NCBI GenBank assembly: GCA_046290465.1
Contig: JBKAGP010000001.1
Location: forward strand, 3,712,001-3,776,000
From: Planctomycetota bacterium
Lineage (GTDB): Bacteria > Planctomycetota > UBA1135 > UBA2386
Length of the DNA stretch: 64,000 nucleotides
Direction of reading: 5' to 3'
Part shown: one piece after another, positions 48,588-58,087 of the stretch
Position numbering within the stretch: position 1 is the first letter of the stretch
Layout: each line of letters opens with the position of its first letter
Program-made: the position numbers and the translations under genes
The notes under the pieces: generated by a model
Seen by the model: the letters and a program-made list of their open reading frames with translations, nothing else
What the model was told of the DNA's origin: nothing
The model's database searches: none

Positions 48588-49202
48588 ATGCCGACCGCAC
48601 CCGACGTCTGGACCTGGATCACGATCCCCGCCATCGGCGGACTGATCGGGCTGAGCACCAACTGGCTCGCCGTGAAGATGATCTTCCGGCCGATCAAGCC
48701 GCGGCGGATCCTGTTCTTCAAGATGCAGGGGCTGATCGGCCGCCGCCAACAGGACCTAGCCAAGGCGATCGGCCGCGTCGTCGGCAACCACCTCGTCGAG
48801 CACAAGGACGTCGTCAAGAGCCTCAACAAGCTCGACTTCAGCGGCATCCTCGGCAAGGTGCTCGACAAGGGCCTCGGCCCCAAGATCCAGGAGCTGCGCA
48901 GCCTGCCGCTGATCGGCGGCTTCCTGACCGAGGAGCGCATCGCCGACATCAAGCAGTCGATCACCGACAGCATCATGAAGCACCGCGAGGCCGTGCTCGA
49001 CGAGGTCGAGAAGGGCCTGAGCAAGGGCCTCGACGTGCCGAAGCTGGTCGAGGCGAAGGTCGCGAAGTTCGAGATCCTCAAGCTCGAGAAGCTGATCCTC
49101 GAGGTCGCCAACCGCGAATTGCGGTCGATCGTCGTGCTCGGGGGAGTTCTCGGCGTGCTGATCGGTCTGGCCCAGGTCGGCTTCCTGTGGCTGCGCGGCT
49201 GA
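48588..49202 (+). CDS. DUF445 family membrane protein
   Basis: IGLSTNWLAVKMIFRP, QGLI and ELRSIVVLGGVLG. Confidence 0.9.
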   Translation: MPTAPDVWTWITIPAIGGLIGLSTNWLAVKMIFRPIKPRRILFFKMQGLIGRRQQDLAKAIGRVVGNHLVEHKDVVKSLNKLDFSGILGKVLDKGLGPKIQELRSLPLIGGFLTEERIADIKQSITDSIMKHREAVLDEVEKGLSKGLDVPKLVEAKVAKFEILKLEKLILEVANRELRSIVVLGGVLGVLIGLAQVGFLWLRG

Positions 49203-49282
49203 CCGCCGCCGCCATGGCGCGCCCTGCAGGCCGCCGCCGTTACGTTCTGCCATCTCCCCGACTAGATAGTCGACGTCCCCCC

Positions 49283-50554
49283 ATGACTGTCGCCATCCAG
49301 ACGTTGTTCTCCGCCGCCGCCATGGCGTGCATCCTCCAGGCCGCCGCCGCGCAGGCACCGATCCACTGCGGCTACCCGGAGCGCGACATCCTGTCGCCGT
49401 TCCGCAACCCGACCGACATCACCGCGCCGCCCGACGAGCTGTTCCGCAACCTGCGGATCATGAAGAACGTCGCCGCCAAGATGCCGGACAAGGCCAGCTA
49501 CGACGCCAGGGGCCGCCAGGTCGTCGACGACCCGACGTGGCGCACGGCCTACGACCGCGTGCAGCAGCTCGGCATCGACGCCGGCAGCATGGCGCAGATG
49601 ATGCGCCTGCACCGCAACGCCGAGCAGCGCGACGTCGCGTTCTTCGCCGGGTTCTACTGCGACAACATCGGCTACGTGATGGAGCTGATCTCGCACATCC
49701 CGGGCGAGCCGGTGCGCGCGACGCGCGAACGGGCGTTCCCCAGGGCGGTCGAGTTCCTGCGCGCCAACCTCGGCCGCAAGTTTGGCGACCTGTCGGACGA
49801 GGAGCGCGAGATCGTGCTCGCCAACATGCCGAAGGTCGGCTCGCCGGTCGCGAAGGCCCGCGGCATCACCCGCGCACCGCAGGACGGCGACCACCTGCAC
49901 TCGCTGCGGATGGCGCCGTTCTTCCAGCTGCTGGACGTCGAAGAGTCGATCGACCACGCGCAGGCGCTGTGGTTCCTCAAGGAGATCTTCAAGGTCCGCC
50001 TCGACATGGCGAGAGCCTGGCTCGAGCCCGCGCTGCCGCGCGTCAAGCAGCTGCTGATCACTGGCGACGCGCAGGTCCGCAAGGAGGCGATCGAGCTGCT
50101 GCAGCTGATCGGCCCGAAGAAGCTGCCGGCGCCGCCGGAGGACGACGAGGCGCTGCGCGAATGGGCCGACGTGGCCTGCAAGCACATGTTCCCGCCGATC
50201 CGCAACCTCAACGACGCGATCGTGCAGCTGTTCCCCAGCGAGGAGCGTGAGGCGATCGCGGCGGCCGCGATCCAGGCGCTCGAGAACTCGAGCATCGGCG
50301 ATCCGTTCCGCGGTCAGGACGATGACGGCAAGTGGTACGCGGGCTTCCGCGTGGCGCGCGTGCCGGACGAGCTGAAGCCGCTGGCGATCCCGGCGGAAGC
50401 GGTGATCACGAGCGTGAACGGCGTGGCGATCGACAGCGCGAAGTCGCTGCTGCAGGTGGTGACGAAGTTCGTGAAGCGGCGGAAGCCGGCGCGGGTGTTT
50501 GTGGAGTACGTGAAGGGTGGGAAGGGGTTTGCGGTGGAGTACCGGGTGATGTGA
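49283..50554 (+). CDS. Secreted hypothetical protein, helical repeats plus C-terminal PDZ-like domain
   Basis: Signal peptide; VITSVNGVAIDS is PDZ-like. Confidence 0.65.
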   Translation: MTVAIQTLFSAAAMACILQAAAAQAPIHCGYPERDILSPFRNPTDITAPPDELFRNLRIMKNVAAKMPDKASYDARGRQVVDDPTWRTAYDRVQQLGIDAGSMAQMMRLHRNAEQRDVAFFAGFYCDNIGYVMELISHIPGEPVRATRERAFPRAVEFLRANLGRKFGDLSDEEREIVLANMPKVGSPVAKARGITRAPQDGDHLHSLRMAPFFQLLDVEESIDHAQALWFLKEIFKVRLDMARAWLEPALPRVKQLLITGDAQVRKEAIELLQLIGPKKLPAPPEDDEALREWADVACKHMFPPIRNLNDAIVQLFPSEEREAIAAAAIQALENSSIGDPFRGQDDDGKWYAGFRVARVPDELKPLAIPAEAVITSVNGVAIDSAKSLLQVVTKFVKRRKPARVFVEYVKGGKGFAVEYRVM

Positions 50555-50600
50555 CTCGGGTGCGCTGCTTGTGGCGCGGAGGTTGGAGGGGCGGACTCCC

Positions 50601-50672
50601 GCGGCTTCGCCGCTCGTGGCCGCACGCGGTGCAAGCACCGCTTCCGCGGCTGCGCGCTGCTTCGCAGCGCGC
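50601..50672. terminator. Cluster of three GC-rich hairpins between convergent genes
   Basis: GCGG-CTTCG-CCGC, GCGGTG-CAAG-CACCGC and GCGCGCTG-CTTCG-CAGCGCGC; no U-tract. Confidence 0.45.
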
Positions 50673-51787
50673 TACTTAAAGTGCTTCGCGCACCACTTCC
50701 GCCATTCCTCGTCGAACGCCGCCGGCTCCAACTCGTACACCTCCCCCAGCGCCGCCACCTGCCGCGACCGTGTCGGCTTGCCGAGCACCATCCCGAGGAA
50801 CTCGGCGAACCTCGCGCGGTCCTGCAGCATCCACTCGACCCGGGCCCACGACTGCACGTGGCCGTAGTAGCCGAGGTCCGTGGTGCGCGTCAGCTTCTCG
50901 AACGGGATCACCAGCCCTTCGAACTTCACGCGCTTGCGGATCTTCTGGTCCCACTCGTACTGCGTCGCGGGATCTACGCTCTCGTCCGCGCGCACGCCGC
51001 AGTTGATCATGTTGCACGGCACCATGCGCTCGTACACGTGGCCGAGCCCGTACTGCAGCCACAGCGGCCCACCGCCCGCGGCATCCATGAACATCTGCAT
51101 GATGAAGTAGCGGAACTGCGCGTGCGTCGTCTCCGACTCGCGCGGGCCGTCGTCGCCCTCCGCCGTCATCACCAGCGACAGGTGGCCGGTGCCGAAGTGC
51201 GTGTGCCGCTGCGACTGCTGGCTCTCACGCCCGCAGAACGACTTGAAGTAGCGCACCAGGTCCGACTTCTTCTCGAACAGCACCAGCAGGAACTTCTGCT
51301 TCTCGCCGAGACGCTTGCCCTCCTTGGGCCGGCCGGCGAGGTCGGCGAACTCGTCGTACAATTCCTCTGCCCGCTGCGCATACAGGTGCATGCGCAGCCA
51401 CGGATCGAGCTTGCTGGTGCTCGACGGGATCTTCTTGCACTTCTTGTTGAGGCGCTTCAGCTCGCCCTTCAGCAGCCGCCGCGCCTTCGAGTCCTTCGGC
51501 GCACCCGAGAACCCGAGGTTGCTGCCGATCTTGAAGTGCTCGGTCTCCATCCACAGCACGCGCCCCTCGCCCAGCACCTTCTCGATGTCGGTGGTCCGCT
51601 TGTTGTCCGCCCAGACCAGCGGGCCGTACTCGACCACGCCGAGCCTGGCCATCGCCTTCGGGTCCTTGTCGGTGAACTTGTCCTCGAGGCCGACCTTGGC
51701 GAGAGCGCTGCTGCCCTTCTTCTTCTGGGCAGGAGCAGCTACGGCGACGGCGAGCGCGAGCGCCGACAGCAGTGCGACACGGATCAT
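50672..51787 (-). CDS. Secreted hypothetical protein (DUF1570/gluzincin-like, probably inactive)
   Basis: Signal peptide; PLWLQYGLGHVYE and Y-QSW-x-V resemble DUF1570 motifs but HExxH is absent. Confidence 0.55.
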   Translation of the reverse strand: MIRVALLSALALAVAVAAPAQKKKGSSALAKVGLEDKFTDKDPKAMARLGVVEYGPLVWADNKRTTDIEKVLGEGRVLWMETEHFKIGSNLGFSGAPKDSKARRLLKGELKRLNKKCKKIPSSTSKLDPWLRMHLYAQRAEELYDEFADLAGRPKEGKRLGEKQKFLLVLFEKKSDLVRYFKSFCGRESQQSQRHTHFGTGHLSLVMTAEGDDGPRESETTHAQFRYFIMQMFMDAAGGGPLWLQYGLGHVYERMVPCNMINCGVRADESVDPATQYEWDQKIRKRVKFEGLVIPFEKLTRTTDLGYYGHVQSWARVEWMLQDRARFAEFLGMVLGKPTRSRQVAALGEVYELEPAAFDEEWRKWCAKHFK

Positions 51788-52020
51788 GGGCGAAACGGGG
51801 AGGGCAGAGGGGTGGCGCCGACTCTAGTGAACGGTCGCGCCCGTGTAACGTCCCGAGCCCCAGATCGCCGGCTGCAGGAGCGTTGGCGCCAGGATGCGGG
51901 CGCGGCCGCAAGTCGGGCCGCGCCCGTATCGTCATCGCTCGAACGCAGATACTGCCCGAGGCCCTCTCGGTAGTTCGCCGGAGCGTCGCCGCGCGGCACG
52001 GCATTTGGTTGCGCCGCGGC

Positions 52021-53622
52021 ATGCTCATCGATCCCCGCGTCGATCGGCGCGACCGTCGCGACGATCCCGAGGCCTGGACCGCGCGTTCGACGCGTGGCGT
52101 CGTCGCGTGCGCGCACTACCACGCCGCCGAGATCGGCGCGTCGCTGCTGGCCGCCGGCGGCAGCGCGGCGGACGCCGCGGTCGGTGCCGCGCTGGCGCTC
52201 AACGTCTGCGAACCGGCCGCTTCGGGGATCGGCGGCATGGCGATGATCGTCGGCGCCGGCTTCGGCGGCGGCGAGCCGTTCTTCCTCGACGGAGCGTGCA
52301 CGGCCCCGGAGGCCGCGACCGCAGAACTGGTGCGCCAGTCGCACCGCTACCGCGGCCACCGTGCCGTCGCCGTGCCCGGTGCGCCCGCCGCGCTGGCCGC
52401 GCTGCACCAGCGGTTCGGTCGCCTCGACCTGCGCGAGGTCGCGGCCCCGGCGGTCGCGCTCGCTCGCCAGGGCCACCGCCTGACGGCGATGCAGCAGCAG
52501 CTCGGCGTCACCTACCGCAGCGCCGTGCGGCGCGGCAACGCCACCCACCTGATCGAGGGCCCGGACGCGTCGCCGTGGGAGATCGGCGACCTGATCCGCC
52601 AGCCGGCCCTCGCCGACACGATCGAACGGCTGGGCCGAGACGGCCTGATGAGCTTCTACCGCGGCGAGATGGCGGCCGCGATCGACGCCGACATGCGCGC
52701 CCACGATGGCTTCCTGTCGGCCGCCGACCTCGATCGGGTGCAACCACCGGAGCCCCAGGCTCCGATCGAGGTCGCGTTCGGAAGCCGGCGCCTGTTCACG
52801 TCGGGACCGCCGGCCGGCGGCATCAACCTGGCGCGACTCGCCCAGATGACGACCGCGCTCGGCTGGCTGCCCGACCCGCGCCGCGCCCGCCACCTGGGCC
52901 TGATCGGCGCGATGATCCAGCGCACCCGGCAGGACCGTCGCCGCCACCGGCTGACGATCGGCGCCCGTGACGTGCACCTCGCCGGCGAACTGCTCGAACT
53001 GCGGTCGGCCGAGCTGGCCGTCGCCGACCTGCTGCGCACCCACGGCCCCGAGACCGGCGAGACCAGCCACCTGTGCGCGATGGACGCCGACGGCGGCGTC
53101 GTCTCGATGACCGTGTCGATCGAGCGCAGCTTCGGCTCGGCGCGCATGCACCCGGAGCTCGGCTTCCTCTACAACGGCTACCTGCGCGGCTTCAAGGTCG
53201 AGAACCAGCGGCACCCCCACTACCTGCGGCCCGGCGTCCCAGCCCGCTCCAACGCGGCGCCGACGATCCTGCTGGATCCGTCCGGGGATGCGATCGCGAT
53301 CGGTTCGACCGGCTCCGAGCGGATGACGTCGGGAATCTTCACGACGCTGCTGCGGCTCGAGCGCGAGACGCCGTTCGAGGCGGTCGCGGCACCCCGCATC
53401 CACTGCACGCCCGAAGGACGCATGCTCGCCGAGATCGACCGCCTGCCGGAGACCAGCCGACGCCACCTGCGCAACCTGTTCCGGGTCACGCCGGCAGATC
53501 CGTGGGCGTTCTCGTTCGGTGGCCTGCAGCTCGCGGTCCGCCGCGGCGGCGAGTTCCTCGGCGTCGGCGAACCGCGCCGCGATGGCGGCGCCGCCGGCCC
53601 GGAAGGAGCCGGTCCGTCATGA
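52021..53622 (+). CDS. Gamma-glutamyltransferase family protein
   Basis: GGSAADAA, SGIGG, AVPG, QPALADT, autocleavage ETSH and EPRRDG; no signal peptide seen. Confidence 0.92.
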   Translation: MLIDPRVDRRDRRDDPEAWTARSTRGVVACAHYHAAEIGASLLAAGGSAADAAVGAALALNVCEPAASGIGGMAMIVGAGFGGGEPFFLDGACTAPEAATAELVRQSHRYRGHRAVAVPGAPAALAALHQRFGRLDLREVAAPAVALARQGHRLTAMQQQLGVTYRSAVRRGNATHLIEGPDASPWEIGDLIRQPALADTIERLGRDGLMSFYRGEMAAAIDADMRAHDGFLSAADLDRVQPPEPQAPIEVAFGSRRLFTSGPPAGGINLARLAQMTTALGWLPDPRRARHLGLIGAMIQRTRQDRRRHRLTIGARDVHLAGELLELRSAELAVADLLRTHGPETGETSHLCAMDADGGVVSMTVSIERSFGSARMHPELGFLYNGYLRGFKVENQRHPHYLRPGVPARSNAAPTILLDPSGDAIAIGSTGSERMTSGIFTTLLRLERETPFEAVAAPRIHCTPEGRMLAEIDRLPETSRRHLRNLFRVTPADPWAFSFGGLQLAVRRGGEFLGVGEPRRDGGAAGPEGAGPS

Positions 53623-54404
53623 CCGAGCAACCCGCCCCGAGCTCGCGCCTGGAGACGTTCGTGCCGGTCGCGCTGGTCGCGCTCGGCTGCGGCGTGATGA
53701 TCGCGCGCAGCTGGCCCGGGCCGCTGTCCGACTGGCTCGAGGACCAGATCTCGTTCCACAAGCTCAAGGAACACTCCCAGCAGCACGTCGACGACCTGCT
53801 GCTGGTGCCGCTCGCCGCGGTGCTGGTGGTGCTCTGCCGCGTCGGCCTCGGCCTGCGCATGCTGGGGCCGTTCCGGCCGGTCCTGATCGGGCTGGCCTTC
53901 TACCAGACCGGCGTGCTCGCCGGCACCGCGTTCCTGGTGTCGGTGATGCTGCTGGTCGTGGTGCTGCGGCCGCGGCTCGGGCGCGGAATGCTGCCGTACT
54001 TCGGCCGCCTGTCGCTGCTGCTGTGCGCCGTCGTGGTGCTCGAACTGGTCGCGCTGATGCTCGGCGCCGCGCTGCGCCTCGAGACCCTGCTCGACGCCGC
54101 GGTGTTCCCGATCGTCGTGCTATGCCTGTCGGCGGACGGGTTTGCGCGGGTCGTCACCGAGGAGGGGCCGGCAGCCGCGGCGATGCGCGGCGTCGTCACG
54201 GTCTGCCTGGCAGCGGTGATCTCGGCCCTCGGCTACATCGAGCCGCTGGCGCAGTTCCTGTTCGACTACCCGGAGTTCGTGCTGGTCGAGATCGCGCTGG
54301 TGATCTGGATCTCGGCGAAGTGCCGCTGGGGTCTGCTCGAACGGTGGAACTTCCGGTCGCGCCCGCCCGACCCGGGTACGCCAGTTGCTCCGCCGGAGGC
54401 GTGA
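53619..54404 (+). CDS. 7TM-domain membrane protein (7TM_transglut-like)
   Basis: LLLVPL...R-x-LGLRMLGPFRPVLI-x-LAF, FPIVVL and FDYPE; overlaps GGT stop (ATGA). Confidence 0.8.
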   Translation: MTEQPAPSSRLETFVPVALVALGCGVMIARSWPGPLSDWLEDQISFHKLKEHSQQHVDDLLLVPLAAVLVVLCRVGLGLRMLGPFRPVLIGLAFYQTGVLAGTAFLVSVMLLVVVLRPRLGRGMLPYFGRLSLLLCAVVVLELVALMLGAALRLETLLDAAVFPIVVLCLSADGFARVVTEEGPAAAAMRGVVTVCLAAVISALGYIEPLAQFLFDYPEFVLVEIALVIWISAKCRWGLLERWNFRSRPPDPGTPVAPPEA

Positions 54405-55531
54405 ACCACCAATCGGTGCCTGGGCGTCTGATCGCCCCGATCCTCGCCGCCCTGCTGACGGCCGGCCTGGCCCTGAGCCAGCAGGCCGCGTGGCAGCGAC
54501 CGTTTGCCGAGGGCAGCGACACGATCCAGAAGCTGCTGCTCCAGTTCGACCCGGAGGCCGCCGAGGACTGGCTGCCGGCCTGCCGCGACCTGCTGGTCGC
54601 GCTGCCGGCCGACGTCCAGGTCGAGATCGCCGTGGCCGACCTCGAGGACGCGGTCGAGCTGCGGCGGCTGCTGAATGGCGCGACCGGGATCCGGCCGACG
54701 ATCCACATCGTCGACACCACGCCCACGTGCTGGACGCGGGACCGGCTGCTGGTCATCGGCGGCGACCGCGAACCGACCTTCTGGCTGCCGCGCGCGGACA
54801 CCATGGAGGAGCCGTACGTGTTCGACGTGGTGGCGGCGACCGCGATCGCCGAGCTCAGCAACACCCCGCGCCGCAGCAGCGGGCTGGTGCTCGAGGGCGG
54901 CGACCTGCTGTGCTCGGCCGGCGCGACCTTCGTCAGCGTCGAGACCGTGCGCCGCAACGCGCACCAGTTTCGCGAGGAGCAGTTCTGCGAGATCCTGCGC
55001 TCGGTCGTCGGCGGTCGGGTCGTCGTGCTCGGCGGCGACGAAGTGCCGCACGAACACCTCGACATGTACGTGACCCTGCTCGGCCCGAAGCTGGCCCTGG
55101 TCGGCGATCCGCAGTGCGGCCACGAACTGCTGCAGCACGACCGCGCCGCCGCCGGCACGGTGATCCCCGACTTCGACGTGTGGACCGCCGATGCCGCCGA
55201 CCGCGCCGCGGAGCACTACGAGACCGTCGCCCGCCAGCTGCAGGCCCACGGCATCGGCGTGCGTCGCCTGCCGATCGTGCACGGCGCCGACGGCCGGCTG
55301 CTGACCTGGAACAACGCGCTGGTCGAGCGGCGCGGGTTCCGTCGCCGCGTCTACCTGCCGAGCTACGGCCTCGAGCACCTGCAGCTCGCCGCGACCCGTG
55401 TCTACACGCAGCTCGGCTGCGACGTGCTGCCGATCCGCGCGGCCGGGCTGGCGGAGAACGGCGGCACCGTTCGCTGCATCACCAACGTCGTGCGCTGGCA
55501 CCGACCGACGCTGGCGGCGCCAACCCGATGA
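54401..55531 (+). CDS. Secreted agmatine/peptidylarginine deiminase (pentein) family protein
   Basis: WTRD, LEGGD, HLD, TWNN and GGTVRCIT catalytic motifs; signal peptide; GTGA overlap. Confidence 0.82.
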   Translation: MNHQSVPGRLIAPILAALLTAGLALSQQAAWQRPFAEGSDTIQKLLLQFDPEAAEDWLPACRDLLVALPADVQVEIAVADLEDAVELRRLLNGATGIRPTIHIVDTTPTCWTRDRLLVIGGDREPTFWLPRADTMEEPYVFDVVAATAIAELSNTPRRSSGLVLEGGDLLCSAGATFVSVETVRRNAHQFREEQFCEILRSVVGGRVVVLGGDEVPHEHLDMYVTLLGPKLALVGDPQCGHELLQHDRAAAGTVIPDFDVWTADAADRAAEHYETVARQLQAHGIGVRRLPIVHGADGRLLTWNNALVERRGFRRRVYLPSYGLEHLQLAATRVYTQLGCDVLPIRAAGLAENGGTVRCITNVVRWHRPTLAAPTR

Positions 55532-55564
55532 GAGCCGGCCCGCCGCTGGCCAAGGGCGCCGCGG

Positions 55565-57442
55565 CTAGAGGCCCTGGCCGATCGCGGTGCGCGCCGCGTC
55601 GCTGCTGACGATGCCGAGGTTGTTGGCCGGCAGGTCGACCGCGAAGAACTGCGTCGTCAGCTCGTAGCCGATCGCAGCCGGCACGCCCGGCAGCGTCAGC
55701 GCGACGGACGCGAAGCCCTCGGTGTCGGTCAGCACCGGGTAGGTGATCGCCAGGTCGGCGTAGGCGAAGCAGCCCGGAGCCCCGAGCGCGGCCAGCGAAA
55801 ACGGCGTCGAGAACCCGGTGAAGCCGAGCCCCATCATGCCGAGCGCGGTCGCCGGGCCGTAGGTCTCGTAGTGCACGGTGCCGCCGATGCGCGCGTCGCC
55901 GTAGGCGAACTGCTGCATGCCGCCACAGCCGGTGCCGAAGGTCTCGACGCTGCCCTGCAGGAAGCAGACCGGTTGCGCCCACGGCTCCCCCTGCGTCGTG
56001 ACCGTGCTGCCGAGCTGGTTGCCGGCCGCGTCGAACGTGCGCACGTCGTCGTCGTCGATGACCAGGATGCGGTCCGAGCTGGCCTGCACGTGCTGCACGC
56101 CGTAGCCGACCTGGATCGGCTGGCCGAGCTGGTTGGCGTCGCGGTCGTAGATCGTGACGGTCGAGAAGTCGTCGACGATGGTGAAGAACTGCGCGAACAG
56201 CAGCACGTCGTACTCCTCGACGTAGGTGACCGGGATCGCGTTGCCGACCTGGTTGCCGTTCAGGTCGAAGCAGCGCACCTGGTCGGTGTCGGTGATCAGG
56301 ATCCGATCGCCCGCGATGCGCACCTTCTGCGTGTCCCAGCCACTCTTGACGACGTCGCCACCCTGCTGGGCGCCGGTCTTGTCGAAGATCCGCGTGCGGT
56401 CCTGGTCGACGACCACGATCGCGTCGTCGGACACCGTCACGATCTGCGCATCGCTACCGGTCTTGGCGATCGGCGCGCCCTGCACGAGCATGTCCTTGTC
56501 GAAGATCTCGGTGCGGTTGTCGTCGGTGATGACGATCCGGTCCTTGCTGGTCGCGACGCGCTGGCGGTTGCTGCCAGTGTTGGTGACCGGCGCGCCGACC
56601 GCGCCGCCGTCCCGATCGAACACGCGCACCCGGTCGTCGTCGATGACGATCACGCGGTCCCCGCACACCATGACCTGCTGCCGGTTGCTGCCGGTCTTGG
56701 TGATCGGCGCGCCCTTGGCGGCACCGTCCTTGTCGAAGATGCGCACGCGGTCGTCGTCGACGACGATCACGCGGTCGCCGTCGACCTTGACCTGCTGGCG
56801 GTTCTGGCCGGTGCGGGTGATGGTCGCCCCCTTCTGCAGACCGTCCTTGTCGAAGATCTTCACCGAGTCGTCGTCGAGCACGACGATGCGATCGTCGCTG
56901 GTGAACACGACCTGACGGTAGGTGCCGCTCTTCGGGATCGACGCGCCGATCTGCACGCCGTCCTTGTCGAAGATGCGCACCTCTCCGTCGTCGATGACCA
57001 CCACGCGGGTCGCGCCGACCACGACGCTCTGCGTCTGGCTGCCGGTCTTCAGGATCGCGGCGCCCTGCTGGTTGCCGTCGAGGTCGAAGATGCGCACCTG
57101 GTTGTAGTCGATGGCCACGACCCGGTCCTCGCCGAACGCGACCGACTGGTAGGCGCCGATCGTGGCGATCAGGCTGCCGTACTGGGTGCCGTCGCGGCCG
57201 AGGATGCGCGTGCCCGCCTGGTCGGTGACGATCAGGCGCGGCCCGACCGGCTGCACGGTGGCGTTGGGGAACTGCCCGGTCGCCAGGTAGAACGTCTGCG
57301 CGCCCTGCGCGTCGACCATGCGCACGCCGCTGTCGTCGGTGATCACGTAGCCGCCGCAGGTGGTCGGCATCTGGGCGTGCAGCGAAGCGGCGGCGACGGC
57401 GGTCGCGGCGAACAGGCGGAAGGAGGTCGTGATGGCGTTCAT
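55565..57442 (-). CDS. Secreted protein with 12 ~40-aa beta repeats and shared C-terminal domain
   Basis: Signal peptide; repeats of R(V/I)xVxDxDxVRIFDKDGxxxG. Confidence 0.85.
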   Translation of the reverse strand: MNAITTSFRLFAATAVAAASLHAQMPTTCGGYVITDDSGVRMVDAQGAQTFYLATGQFPNATVQPVGPRLIVTDQAGTRILGRDGTQYGSLIATIGAYQSVAFGEDRVVAIDYNQVRIFDLDGNQQGAAILKTGSQTQSVVVGATRVVVIDDGEVRIFDKDGVQIGASIPKSGTYRQVVFTSDDRIVVLDDDSVKIFDKDGLQKGATITRTGQNRQQVKVDGDRVIVVDDDRVRIFDKDGAAKGAPITKTGSNRQQVMVCGDRVIVIDDDRVRVFDRDGGAVGAPVTNTGSNRQRVATSKDRIVITDDNRTEIFDKDMLVQGAPIAKTGSDAQIVTVSDDAIVVVDQDRTRIFDKTGAQQGGDVVKSGWDTQKVRIAGDRILITDTDQVRCFDLNGNQVGNAIPVTYVEEYDVLLFAQFFTIVDDFSTVTIYDRDANQLGQPIQVGYGVQHVQASSDRILVIDDDDVRTFDAAGNQLGSTVTTQGEPWAQPVCFLQGSVETFGTGCGGMQQFAYGDARIGGTVHYETYGPATALGMMGLGFTGFSTPFSLAALGAPGCFAYADLAITYPVLTDTEGFASVALTLPGVPAAIGYELTTQFFAVDLPANNLGIVSSDAARTAIGQGL

Positions 57443-57631
57443 GGCTGGTCTCTCGTCTCGTGGTCTCGTCGCCCCACCCTCGGGGCTTGCCTGCATGGCG
57501 CGACCGAGGCCCCGCGACCGCCGCCTTTCGCGCCAAAAACCGCGCGCGAATCAGACTTCGCGGTTTTCCCGGATCGGCTGCAACGCACCGGGCCCGCCGA
57601 TCGTCGTTGCGGGTTCTGCTACAACCGTCGC

Positions 57632-58063
57632 ATGGTCTTCGCAGAAGCCCGCGCGCTCGGACGCCGCCGCGCCCTGATCCCGGAATGGTCGGTCCCGATC
57701 GATCCCGGCCCGTCCGACGACGGGGACGGCGGCATGACGCTGCGCGAACTGATCGAGCGGATCGTGCGCGCCGAGGTCGGCGCCTTCGAGCGCCGGCAGC
57801 AGGCGCGCAAGTTCGTGCGCACGTTGTCCGAGCAGGAGATCGAGGCGGGCAGGGAGAAGGGCCGCATCGACCCCGGTGGCCGCGACCTCGAACAGACCGT
57901 CGACGTCGAGCAGGCGATCGGGACCGCCCTGCAGGCGTTCGAGGACGGCCTCTACATGGTCGTGCTCGACGGCGTCGAGCAGCGCACGCTCGACCGACAG
58001 GTGTTCGTCACCGACGAGAGCCGCGTCGTGTTCCTGCGGTTGACCTTCCTTGCAGGCGGCTGA
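57632..58063 (+). CDS. Hypothetical protein, ubiquitin-like (MoaD/ThiS-type beta-grasp) candidate ending in GG
   Basis: TLRELIERI...VVLDG...LD...SRVVFLRLTFLAGG-stop. Confidence 0.7.
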   Translation: MVFAEARALGRRRALIPEWSVPIDPGPSDDGDGGMTLRELIERIVRAEVGAFERRQQARKFVRTLSEQEIEAGREKGRIDPGGRDLEQTVDVEQAIGTALQAFEDGLYMVVLDGVEQRTLDRQVFVTDESRVVFLRLTFLAGG

Positions 58064-58087
58064 GCGCGACGGGTAGAACTGTTCGCC

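Noticed and set aside
57632..58063. Canonical moaD partner of moaA
   Set aside because: About 19 kb from moaA, much longer than MoaD and linked to the DUF4132 gene
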